Of a stretch of 64,000 bases of DNA, positions 1 to 8,206 are shown piece by piece. The DNA comes from Acidimicrobiales bacterium. GTDB lineage: Bacteria; Actinomycetota; Acidimicrobiia; Acidimicrobiales; Ilumatobacteraceae. The first letter of the stretch is position 1, and each line of letters starts with the position of its first letter. The stretch lies in the NCBI GenBank assembly GCA_038234785.1, contig JBBQTC010000004.1, positions 20,173-84,172 on the forward strand, in the 5' to 3' direction. The notes under the pieces are model-generated. The model was not told where the DNA came from. It ran no database searches and was given only the letters and a program-made list of their open reading frames with translations. Both the position numbers and the translations under genes were made by a program.

Positions 1-1
1 G

Positions 2-859
2 GCGCAACTCCTCGACCTGCGTGGTCGCTGGCGAACGGTCAGCCGTCGGAGCGTGGTCACCCCGTACGTCACATTCGTCGTCGGCACCCTGCTGTTCCAG
101 TTCCTGCTGCCGAGCGCGATCGCGCCCGACTACGCCGACTCCGGACTCGGGCAGACCTGGAAGAAACTCGGCGGGCCGTTCCGACGCGCGTTCGCCGACC
201 AACTCGGAATTCCGACGCTGCACGGCGTCGCCCTGCTCGTGGTGTTCCTCCTCGTCGTCGCCGGCATCGTCGTCCGGCTGTGGCGCGCACCGCAGCAGGA
301 CGCCCCCTGGATCGTCTTCGCCTTCGGATCGATGATGATCGTGGGGATGATCCCGGCGCAGGCCGATCGGTATCTTCTCGCGATCACGCCGTTCGCCGTC
401 TATTTCGCCGCGCAGGCAGTGGCCGCGATTCCGCTGCCGCGCCGCGGCGGTTCGTGGGTCGCGGTCGCCGTGCTCGCACTGCTGTGCGTGCACCACCTCC
501 CGGATGTCAGTGATCGAACCCAGGCGATGCGCGACTTCCGTGCCACGGGGCAGATCGTCGATGGTCCTGAGGCACCGTATGCGCAAGCCGCGTTCGCCGC
601 CGTACGCCGCTTCACCCACCAGGACGACGTGATCGCGTTCTTCAAGGTGCGGGCGCTGACGTTCTACACCGATCGCCGTGGCGTCCAGTCGAGCGACCTG
701 GAGATCCTGCGGCAACGCTCGGACTACTTCCTGATGCGGCGCGGCAGCAGGTCGAGCCAGCCGCTCGTCTCCGACGCCGAAGGAGCCGCGATGGGATGGA
801 CCGTCACGTGGCAGGACGACATCTGGGTTCTCTGGCGTGTGACGGCGCCAAACGGGTGA
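2..859 (+). CDS. Integral membrane protein, C-terminal part (5' end probably outside the window; first in-window start is GTG at 53)
   Basis: Frame is open from base 2 with no stop. Several hydrophobic helices (LHGVALLVVFLLVVAGIVV, WIVFAFGSMMIVGMIPA, LLAITPFAVYFAAQAVAAI) precede a soluble tail. Layout resembles C-terminal halves of ArnT/PMT-like glycosyltransferases, but no diagnostic motif was seen. Confidence 0.5.
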   Translation, partial: AQLLDLRGRWRTVSRRSVVTPYVTFVVGTLLFQFLLPSAIAPDYADSGLGQTWKKLGGPFRRAFADQLGIPTLHGVALLVVFLLVVAGIVVRLWRAPQQDAPWIVFAFGSMMIVGMIPAQADRYLLAITPFAVYFAAQAVAAIPLPRRGGSWVAVAVLALLCVHHLPDVSDRTQAMRDFRATGQIVDGPEAPYAQAAFAAVRRFTHQDDVIAFFKVRALTFYTDRRGVQSSDLEILRQRSDYFLMRRGSRSSQPLVSDAEGAAMGWTVTWQDDIWVLWRVTAPNG

Positions 860-881
860 ATGCCTGCGACAATGCAGGCGA

Positions 882-1733
882 ATGACCGCACTCGACGAAC
901 TCGTGAACCTGCTCGATCTGGAACCGATCGAGGTCAACATCTTCCGCGGCGTGTCGCCCGACGAGAACCGCCAACGTGTCTTCGGAGGGCAGGTGGCGGG
1001 GCAGGCACTCGTCGCCGCAACCCGCACCGTCGACGCCGGACGATTCGTCCACTCGCTGCACGCCTACTTCCTCCGACCCGGCGACCCCACGGTGCCGATC
1101 CTCTACGAGGTCGACCGCATCCGCGACGGGAAGAGCTTCACCACGCGACGCGTGGTCGCCATCCAGCACGGGCGGGCGATCTTCAACCTGAGCGTCAGCT
1201 TCCATGTGCTCGAGCCCGGTCCCGACTACCAGATCGCCGCGCCGCTCGACGTGCCGGCACCCGAGAGCCTCCCCGACTTCAAGACCCGCATGGCGCCCTA
1301 CAAGGAACGCATGGGTGACTGGTACGACCGGCCGCGACCCATCGATCTGCGGCATGTCGACGGCGATCCGTTCAGTCGTCAGGGAAATCCTGCCTACGGC
1401 CAACGGGTCTGGCTGCGTGCCGATGGCCGCCTTCCCGACGACCCGACGTTGCACGCGTGCATCGTCACCTACGCCAGCGACATGACGCTGCTCGACACCA
1501 CCGTCCTGCCCTTCGGCATGTCATGGGAGACGCGCGGGATGCAGATGGCGAGCCTGGACCACGCCATGTGGTTCCACCGACCGTTCCGCGCCGACGACTG
1601 GCTGCTCTACGACCAGCACCCGATCTCCACGGGCAGCGCCAGGGGCCTCGCCGGCGGAGCGATCTACACGTCCGACGGCGCGCTCGCGATCAGCGTCGTC
1701 CAAGAGGGACTCGTCCGGATCGGCCAGGAATGA
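882..1733 (+). CDS. tesB: Acyl-CoA thioesterase II
   Basis: ATG at 882. N-terminus MTALDELVNLLDLEPIEVNIFRG...FGGQVAGQAL and the double hot-dog layout (HSLHAYFLRPGD...IRDGKSFTTRRV) are typical of TesB. Confidence 0.9.
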   Translation: MTALDELVNLLDLEPIEVNIFRGVSPDENRQRVFGGQVAGQALVAATRTVDAGRFVHSLHAYFLRPGDPTVPILYEVDRIRDGKSFTTRRVVAIQHGRAIFNLSVSFHVLEPGPDYQIAAPLDVPAPESLPDFKTRMAPYKERMGDWYDRPRPIDLRHVDGDPFSRQGNPAYGQRVWLRADGRLPDDPTLHACIVTYASDMTLLDTTVLPFGMSWETRGMQMASLDHAMWFHRPFRADDWLLYDQHPISTGSARGLAGGAIYTSDGALAISVVQEGLVRIGQE

Positions 1734-2995
1734 GGCGACTCGTTCCGGTCGTCGTCGTCGCCGCCATCGCACTCGCCGCCTGCGCCGCCGACGGCAACGA
1801 CGCGGTGGTGCAATCGGCGCCAGAGGTCACGTTCTCCACCACCCCGGAGACCGCCGCACCCGAGACGAGCCCGACCGACACGAGCCCGACCAGCACGACC
1901 CCGACCAGCACGACCCCGATCAGCCCGACCAGCACGGTCGCGCTCGCTCCCGGCGCGGTCGTGTTCACTCCGTTCGTCACCGGCCTCACCAAGCCCGTCG
2001 ACATCGCGTTCCGGCCTGACGACCTCACGTTCTTCGTCGTGCAGCAGAACGGGTACGTCATCCCAGTCCGCGACGGCGGCAACGTGGCCGGGGCACCCGT
2101 GCTCGACATCCACACGCTGGTGTCCACGGGCAACGAACAGGGCTTGCTCGGGCTGGCGTTCCACCCGGATCTCCCACTCGCGTACATCGACTACACCGAT
2201 CGCAACGGCAACACCCAGATCGTCGAATACTCGGTCGCGGAGAACGGCACGTTCGACCCGGCGAGCGCACGCTCCGTCCTCACCGTCGCCCAGCCGTACG
2301 GCAACCACAACGGCGGCAAGGTGACGTTCGGACCGGATGGGTATCTCTACATCGGTCTCGGCGACGGCGGCGCCGCGTTCGACCCGGAGCGACGAGCGCT
2401 CAACGTGAGCCAGTACCTGGGCAAGCTGCTGCGCATCGATCCGGTCGCGGCCAACGGCGCGCCGTACTCGGTTCCTCCCGACAACCCGTTTATCGGCGTC
2501 GCCGGCGCCAAGCCCGAGATCTGGGCCGTCGGATTGCGCAACCCGTGGCGCTTCAACTTCGACAGCGAGACCGGCGATCTGTGGATCGCCGACGTCGGCC
2601 AGAACATGTGGGAGGAAGTCGACTTCGCCGCTGCAGCACAGGGCGGCGGCCGCGGCGTGAACTTCGGATGGAGCGCGCTCGAGGGAACCCACCGGGCCAA
2701 CACCGATCAGTCGACCGACGGCGCCACGCCGCCGATCTACGAGTACCCGCACGGCGACGACGGGTGTTCGGTGAGTGGCGGCACCGTCTACCGCGGCACA
2801 GGGATCGCCTCGCTGGTGGGGTGGTACGTGTTCAGCGACTACTGCAGCGCCAAGGTGTGGGCACTCCGACCCGACGGAACGATCCTGACGCTCGGCGCGT
2901 TGAGCGCCGTCAGCGCCGTCGCCGCCGGACCCGATGGGTCGCTCTTCGTCCTCGCCCATGGCGACGGAGTGCTCTACCGCCTCGACCCCGCCTGA
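1730..2995 (+). CDS. PQQ-dependent sugar dehydrogenase family lipoprotein (soluble glucose/sorbosone dehydrogenase-like)
   Basis: ATG at 1730 overlaps the tesB stop (ATGA). Signal peptide plus lipobox MRRLVPVVVVAAIALAAC, then an S/T/P linker. Family motifs: GLLGLAFHPD, NHNGGKVTFGPDGYLYIGLGDGG, LGKLLRIDP, RNPWRFNFD, GDLWIADVGQN. The track ORF from 1457 is an artefactual N-terminal extension over tesB. Confidence 0.85.
   Translation: MRRLVPVVVVAAIALAACAADGNDAVVQSAPEVTFSTTPETAAPETSPTDTSPTSTTPTSTTPISPTSTVALAPGAVVFTPFVTGLTKPVDIAFRPDDLTFFVVQQNGYVIPVRDGGNVAGAPVLDIHTLVSTGNEQGLLGLAFHPDLPLAYIDYTDRNGNTQIVEYSVAENGTFDPASARSVLTVAQPYGNHNGGKVTFGPDGYLYIGLGDGGAAFDPERRALNVSQYLGKLLRIDPVAANGAPYSVPPDNPFIGVAGAKPEIWAVGLRNPWRFNFDSETGDLWIADVGQNMWEEVDFAAAAQGGGRGVNFGWSALEGTHRANTDQSTDGATPPIYEYPHGDDGCSVSGGTVYRGTGIASLVGWYVFSDYCSAKVWALRPDGTILTLGALSAVSAVAAGPDGSLFVLAHGDGVLYRLDPA
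1868..1936 (+). repeat. Imperfect in-frame 15-nt tandem repeat (about 4.6 units) encoding a (S/T)-P-T-x-T linker
   Basis: Units read directly: agcccgaccgacacg / agcccgaccagcacg / accccgaccagcacg / accccgatcagc / ccgaccagcacg. Confidence 0.8.
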
Positions 2996-3611
2996 GATCC
3001 GATCCCGCCTTTCCCTTCGCCTCGACCACCCACGGCGCGTCCCCCACGACCTGTGGGTAGGTGAACTGCAGGACGAGGTAGCCCTGCAACTGCAGTCGGT
3101 TGACGCGTTCGACGTCGGCCGAGGGAGCCCCGACGCCGCTGCAACACGGAGAAACTCGCGTTCCAACCAACTCTGGCCACCACGGATGATCTCCCCGCCC
3201 TCGATCGAGCGCAGCAGGGGTCGGACTCCGCCGCGTCCGCGCTCGCGGAGGGCATTGATCCCTCCGATGGAGAAAATCCTCCGAGACCAGCCCATCGCGA
3301 ATGGCACTGTCCACCGCGGCAGTCAACCGCTCGAGCGTCTCGCTCTCACCGAGGTGCAGCAAGGTTCGAGCCGGTGAGAGCACAGGGATGTCGTGCGCCC
3401 ATGCTCGGTCGATGCGATCCAACAGGTTCGTCGTGTGGACATGGTGACCCACGCGATGCAGGTTGTGGCGCCGCTCGACGGTGAGATGAAACGGCGGTCT
3501 GAGCACGAAGCCGTCGAACCCATGCAGCGCAGCAGCGGTCGGCCCGGACGCCCAACAATCGACAGGAATGGAGGTGATGACCTCGATGAGCGAATCTCGT
3601 GTGGTGCCCAT
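2910..3611 (-). pseudogene. Decayed AbiEi-like/DUF559 (Vsr-fold endonuclease-like) gene with two frame changes and an internal deletion
   Basis: Family-like sequence is split between two minus-strand frames. Frame A runs 3611 to about 3260, frame B (part of ORF 1664..3307: INALRERGRGGVRPLLRSIEGG..SWLEREFLRVAAASGLPRP) runs about 3259 to 3116, then frame A resumes (RVNRLQLQGYLVLQFTYPQVV). The nuclease core between GLPRP and the C-terminal motif is missing. The frame runs into the 3' end of the convergent gene. Confidence 0.5.
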
Positions 3612-3720
3612 AGGACCGATCTATCGGGTCTCGTCGAGCGAGCCACGCGTCCACCTCGGGTTCTCCCGCCCTCACCTCCGACTGCTCTCGTTCTCGACGC
3701 GCGCTGCGTAGGATCAGGGG

Positions 3721-4956
3721 ATGCGGGGAGGACGGCGACGTGGGGGCATCGGGCGGGCAGCGTTGCTGACGGTCGTGCTCGTCGCCTGTTCGTCCGGATC
3801 GGTGGCCACCACCACATCTCGCGGCGAACTGTCGTCGACAACTGCAGGGTCGACGACATCGACGCTCCCCCATGTCGAGACCACATCCACGTCGACCATC
3901 TCGTCCACCACACCGGACTCGAGCGTCGACGGCCTCGCCGCCTCGCTGACGATTGCTGATCTCCCGGGCGACGCCCCGTGCGTCGTGGGGACCGTGCCAC
4001 CCGAAGGGCAGGCTACCTTCGTGGTCATCGGCAAGCTGTGGGGTCTGAACGCCGACGGCACGATCGTCTGCCTGGCCGACCTCGCCGGCCGCAACCCGTC
4101 GTGGCTCTCGTGGAGCCCCGACGGCGACGAGGTCCTCGTCGGCCCTGACACGGTGCTGCGCAACGACGGCAGCTTCGTGATGACCGGCTACTTCCCCGAC
4201 AACCGTTCGCTGCGTTGGTCGTACCCGACCGGCAAGGCACTGATCGCACCGAACGCGGCCAGCGGCAAGCTGATCTGGCGCAACGCGCACGACAGCACCG
4301 AGCGAATCGACGTGTCGTTCATGCAGTCGACGACCACGGCGGCCTATCACCCTGCGGGCAAGCACATCGCCGCCGCCGGCATCGGCAACGACGGACTCGG
4401 GGAGGGGGTGTTCGTCGCCAGCAACCGTGGTGCCAACGCCCAACGCGTCGGCACCATGGACGAGGGCACCGTGAGCGACCTCTCCTTCGAAGAGAACGGC
4501 GACTCGATCGTCTTCCTCCACCACCACACCGACGGCACCGAAGAAGTGCACCGCTACTTCTTCCAGACCGGAATCGTCACGGCGGTCGCCACGTACGGGG
4601 ACTTCGGGGTGAGCGACCTGGTCGCCAGCCCGATCGACGAGGGCGCGATCGCGTGGGCCATCGCCCACTCCACGATCTCCGGTCAGGTCATCGTGCAGCC
4701 CTCGATCGGCGACACGCCGGTTCGAGTGTCGATGCCCGTCGAGCGCATACCCGAACCACTCTCCTGGCTCCCTGGGCAACGCCTGCTCGTGGCCTCCCAC
4801 AACGTGGCGGCCGCGGCCGATGCGCCGTACGACCTGTGGCAGTGGTCCGTGGCCGGCTCCACCCATGTGATCGACGGCATCTCCGCCGCCGCGGCACGCA
4901 CTCCGCACGGTCCGTTCCTCGAACTGAACATCGTGCAGGGTTCCGGCTTCGGTTGA
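3721..4956 (+). CDS. Secreted lipoprotein, probable beta-propeller (TolB/PD40-like repeats)
   Basis: ATG at 3721. Signal plus lipobox LLTVVLVAC, then a long S/T-rich linker. Repeated WSPDGDEVLV-type strands. Confidence 0.7.
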   Translation: MRGGRRRGGIGRAALLTVVLVACSSGSVATTTSRGELSSTTAGSTTSTLPHVETTSTSTISSTTPDSSVDGLAASLTIADLPGDAPCVVGTVPPEGQATFVVIGKLWGLNADGTIVCLADLAGRNPSWLSWSPDGDEVLVGPDTVLRNDGSFVMTGYFPDNRSLRWSYPTGKALIAPNAASGKLIWRNAHDSTERIDVSFMQSTTTAAYHPAGKHIAAAGIGNDGLGEGVFVASNRGANAQRVGTMDEGTVSDLSFEENGDSIVFLHHHTDGTEEVHRYFFQTGIVTAVATYGDFGVSDLVASPIDEGAIAWAIAHSTISGQVIVQPSIGDTPVRVSMPVERIPEPLSWLPGQRLLVASHNVAAAADAPYDLWQWSVAGSTHVIDGISAAAARTPHGPFLELNIVQGSGFG

Positions 4957-4985
4957 TGACCTCGATCGCCGACCGGTCGGTCGGC

Positions 4986-6368
4986 TCAGGCAACACGTTC
5001 GAAGCGAACCACGCGCTGCGCGGGATCCGCTTCGACCAGCTTCACCCGTAGCTCGTCCCCAGGACGCAATCCCTTCGCCTGCACCTTGGCGACCACCGCG
5101 ACCTCGGACAACTGGATCCGGCTGATGCCATCGTCGTCGTCGACGACCATCGCGGCGAACGTCTGACCCTCGCGGCCCTCCAACATCACGGACTCGGCGA
5201 GATCGACGACGGCGCGATCGATCTGCGAGGCCTGCTGGGCGCCCCTGTTCATCGCAGCGGGCAGCCGCGTCAGCGCCGCACGAACTTCGTCCGACGGTGC
5301 TGAGCCGTTCGCGACCGCGAGGGCCGTCTGGACGACGTATCGATCAGCGAGCCGACGCAACGGAGCGGTGGCGTGGGCATACGTCGCCGCGATGGCCGAG
5401 TGCCACGGGACGACACCGGGCTCGTAGGTGACGTACCCCGCTCCGCCGGCGGCCCGCCGAATCGCCAGCATGAACGCCCCATCGCGCGGATCGTTCGGGT
5501 CGAGGGTGCGCGAGAACGCCTCCAGGGACTGCTGCCGCGGCCACGACAGGCCAAACGCATGGGCCGTGATCCGAAGGCGTCGGACTGCCCGTTCGTCGGG
5601 TTCGGGCATCACCCGGAACAGTCCGATCCGTGCGGCGAACATGGCGTGGCCGACGGCGAGGTTGGCGGCCAGCGACAGCGCAGCATTCTGTGACTCGCTC
5701 ACGAGCCGAGGACGGAAGGCCAGCCGATAGCCGTGCTCGTCGCGCTCGACGACCTGTTCGGGCGGTTCGACGCCGCCCGCACCGCGAGCGGACTCGGCGG
5801 CGTCGACTCGGCGGGCGAACTCGGCGAACTCGACGGGCAACTGTTGGGCGGTGACGGACTCGTACCCGAGTTTCGCCCGGCTCCGGATCACCGACCGCTC
5901 GGCCCCGTCGAGCGAGGCCGTTCCGGCAGGGTCGACGCGCACGTGGAACACCACCGCCGGACGAGGCCCGTCGGGCAGCAGGCTGGCCGCACCCTCTGAG
6001 AGCACCGGTGGGTACAGCGACGCCTTGCCGTCGGGAAGATAGAGCGTCGTGCCGCGGCGCCACGCCTCGGCGTCGACGGGATCCCCGTCGCGTACGAACC
6101 ACGCCACGTCGGCGATGGCGTAGTGGAGGATGAGGTCGCTGCCGGCACTCGACATCGCGAATGCCTGGTCGAGGTCGGTGCTCGATTCGGGGTCGAGCGT
6201 CACGAACGCCCAGTCGGTTCGATCGACGTGCTCGGTCGGTTCGCGGGTCGCAGCCGCCGACGCCGCGTCGAGCACCTCGGCGGGAAAGCCGGAGGGAACG
6301 GAGAACTGTTGGCGGATCTTGGCGAGGCCGGTGTCGAGCGCGTGCGTGGTGTCGCGCAGCGACTTCAT
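4986..6368 (-). CDS. RNB-domain exoribonuclease (RNase II/R family) with C-terminal S1-like domain
   Basis: ATG at 6368 shares one base with the mreB stop (TGATG). Motifs FVTLDPESSTDLDQAF, LHYAIADVAWFV, LYLPDGKASLYP. The track ORF to 7232 is an out-of-frame extension across mreB. Confidence 0.85.
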   Translation of the reverse strand: MKSLRDTTHALDTGLAKIRQQFSVPSGFPAEVLDAASAAATREPTEHVDRTDWAFVTLDPESSTDLDQAFAMSSAGSDLILHYAIADVAWFVRDGDPVDAEAWRRGTTLYLPDGKASLYPPVLSEGAASLLPDGPRPAVVFHVRVDPAGTASLDGAERSVIRSRAKLGYESVTAQQLPVEFAEFARRVDAAESARGAGGVEPPEQVVERDEHGYRLAFRPRLVSESQNAALSLAANLAVGHAMFAARIGLFRVMPEPDERAVRRLRITAHAFGLSWPRQQSLEAFSRTLDPNDPRDGAFMLAIRRAAGGAGYVTYEPGVVPWHSAIAATYAHATAPLRRLADRYVVQTALAVANGSAPSDEVRAALTRLPAAMNRGAQQASQIDRAVVDLAESVMLEGREGQTFAAMVVDDDDGISRIQLSEVAVVAKVQAKGLRPGDELRVKLVEADPAQRVVRFERVA

Positions 6369-7372
6369 CAGCGGCGGGCACCCATGAACATCGTCTTCAG
6401 CGCGTCGTAGTGCTCGATGCAGTGGCCGGCACCCATCACGACCGCCTCGAGTGGCATGTTCGACATCTTCACCGGGACCTGGGTCTCGGCCTCGATGCGC
6501 TGGGCGAGCCCGCGCAACAGGCCGCCACCACCGACGAGGTACATGCCGCGCACCAGGAAGTCCTGGGCGAGCTCGGGCGGTGCCTTGGCGAGGCAGCGGA
6601 TGACCGAGGCGATGATGCTGCTGACGACGTCCTCGATCGCGAACCGGATCTCCTCGGGCGTGAGCACCACGGTCTTGGGCAGCCCGGTCATGAGGTCGCG
6701 GCCGCGCACCTCGGCCTGGCTCTCGTCGTCGGTTGGTGCCGCCGAACCGATCGCCATCTTCACTTCCTCCGCCGTGCGCTCGCCGATGGCGATGCCATGC
6801 TCGCGGCGGACGTACGCCTGGATCGCGGCGTCGATGTCGAAGCTTCCGACTCGAACCGCTTCGAGGGCCACGACGCCACCGAGGCTGATGACCGCGGTCT
6901 CGCTCGTGCCGCCGCCGATGTCGATCACCATGTTGCCGACGGGTTCGTCGATGGGCAGGTCGGCACCGATGGCGGCCGCCATCGGCTGTTCGATGAGTTG
7001 CGCGTCGGCGGCACCCGCTCGGCGCGCTGCATCGGTGACGGCTCGACGCTCCACCTCGGTGATGGCCGAGGGCACGCAGATGACCACCTTCGGTCGGGTG
7101 AAGCGACTGACGCCGACGCGCTGCAACAACAGGCGGATCATCCGCTCGGTGATCTCGAAGTCGGTGATGGCGCCGCCGCGCAACGGGCGGACGGCGACGA
7201 TGTAACCGGGTGTCCGCCCGATCATCTGCCATGCTTCGCGGCCCGTGGCGAGCACCTCGCCGGTCTGACGGTTGAGTGCGATGACCGACGGCTCGTTGAG
7301 CACGATGCCCCGGCCCTTCATGTACACCAGGGTGTTGGCCGTGCCCAGGTCGATGGCGAGGTCGCGTGCCAT
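6368..7372 (-). CDS. mreB: Rod shape-determining actin-like protein MreB
   Basis: MARDLAIDLGTANTLVYMKGRGIVLNEPSVIA...DIGGGTSETAVISLGG...LVGGGGLLRGL; full-length MreB signature. Confidence 0.95.
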   Translation of the reverse strand: MARDLAIDLGTANTLVYMKGRGIVLNEPSVIALNRQTGEVLATGREAWQMIGRTPGYIVAVRPLRGGAITDFEITERMIRLLLQRVGVSRFTRPKVVICVPSAITEVERRAVTDAARRAGAADAQLIEQPMAAAIGADLPIDEPVGNMVIDIGGGTSETAVISLGGVVALEAVRVGSFDIDAAIQAYVRREHGIAIGERTAEEVKMAIGSAAPTDDESQAEVRGRDLMTGLPKTVVLTPEEIRFAIEDVVSSIIASVIRCLAKAPPELAQDFLVRGMYLVGGGGLLRGLAQRIEAETQVPVKMSNMPLEAVVMGAGHCIEHYDALKTMFMGARR

Positions 7373-7375
7373 GGC

Positions 7376-7573
7376 CTACTTACCCGGTCCTTCTTGTTCG
7401 TCGGCTTTCCGATCGCGGACACGATCCATGACCTCGCGGCGCGCCTCGGGCGACAGCGCGTCGATGTGGCGGCGGAAGCTCTCCACACCTGGCTCCTGGC
7501 CGGAGTTGCGGGAGACGGCGTACCACGTCGCCACGATGGCGACGGCGGCGATGATGACGAGAATCCAGATCAC
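7376..7573 (-). CDS. Small single-pass membrane protein (65 aa)
   Basis: GTG start overlaps the moaE stop (GTGA); the stop lies 3 nt before the mreB start. One N-terminal TM helix (IWILVIIAAVAIVATWYAV) plus a charged tail. Confidence 0.55.
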   Translation of the reverse strand: MIWILVIIAAVAIVATWYAVSRNSGQEPGVESFRRHIDALSPEARREVMDRVRDRKADEQEGPGK

Positions 7574-8094
7574 GTGCGGTGTCCACCGTCTGCGTTCGAC
7601 AGCGTCGCCGTGGGGACTGACGCCGGGTCCATCGGCTCATGGGAACCGGTGCCCCAATCGGCGCCGTCGGCCCAGACCTCGTGCTTCCAGATCGGCGCAC
7701 TGGCCTTCAGCGCGTCGATCGCATACCGGGCGGCCTCGAACGCCTCGGGGCGGTGCGGCGCACTGACCGCGGCGATCACCGAACTCTCACTCAATTCGAG
7801 CCGTCCCGTGCGATGCAGGATCGCCACGCGGCCGGTGTGCGGCCAGCGCACACGCACTTCTCGCTCGATCGCCTCGAACACTGGGACCACCTGCTCGTCG
7901 TACGCCTCGTAGGTGAGGAACTGCACGTCGGGACGCACCGTGCCCGACTCATCGACGGCGTGATCGCGGACGGTGCCGCTGAACAGCACGACGGCACCAC
8001 ACTGCGGATCGAGGCACCAGTCGTAGACCTCGCCCACCGGCAGCACCTGGTCGGTGAGACCCAACCACGAGTTGCCGTATTCAGGACGTTGCAC
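7570..8094 (-). CDS. moaE: Molybdopterin synthase catalytic subunit MoaE
   Basis: GTG start. GAVVLFSGTVRDH...FLTYEAY...SESSVIAAVSAPHR.EAFEAARYAIDALKASAPIWKHE is typical of MoaE. Confidence 0.85.
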   Translation of the reverse strand: MQRPEYGNSWLGLTDQVLPVGEVYDWCLDPQCGAVVLFSGTVRDHAVDESGTVRPDVQFLTYEAYDEQVVPVFEAIEREVRVRWPHTGRVAILHRTGRLELSESSVIAAVSAPHRPEAFEAARYAIDALKASAPIWKHEVWADGADWGTGSHEPMDPASVPTATLSNADGGHRT

Positions 8095-8206
8095 AAGTGC
8101 GCATGGTAGCCGTCGGGAGGGTGTACCCCACCGGCTCGACCGCGGACATGCTGGTCGGTGGCCGCGACGCCACTTGTGTCGCGTACCTCACTAACCTGCC
8201 CGATTC

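Noticed and set aside
1868-1936. Short tandem repeats, here and at the poly-Pro tract 52534..52572, considered as possible CRISPR or minisatellite arrays.
   Set aside because: Units are 15 nt or 3 nt, contiguous with no spacers, in frame inside CDSs, and encode low-complexity linkers. They are not CRISPR-like. No cas genes are in the window.
4969-4980. The 12-nt perfect palindrome CCGACCGGTCGG between the convergent lipoprotein and ribonuclease genes. Similar short GC palindromes lie at 9414-9436 and 63569-63596 and were considered as terminators.
   Set aside because: Stems are only 4-8 bp once a loop is allowed, and there are no U-tracts. They are plausible weak bidirectional terminators but not distinguishable from chance in GC-rich DNA.
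4986-7232. The 748-aa ORF that would extend the RNB ribonuclease upstream across mreB. Similar N-terminal extensions occur at 1457 (dehydrogenase), 16191 (phoU), 33673 (sdhA), 34332 (sdhC), 39530 (DUF3097), 51526 (membrane protein), 52344 (ABC ATPase), 53667, 57479 and 57760.
   Set aside because: The extensions are Arg/Pro-rich junk overlapping the preceding real gene in another frame. Internal starts coincide with ATGA/GTGA/TGATG junctions or with Shine-Dalgarno motifs, and with the family-typical N-termini.
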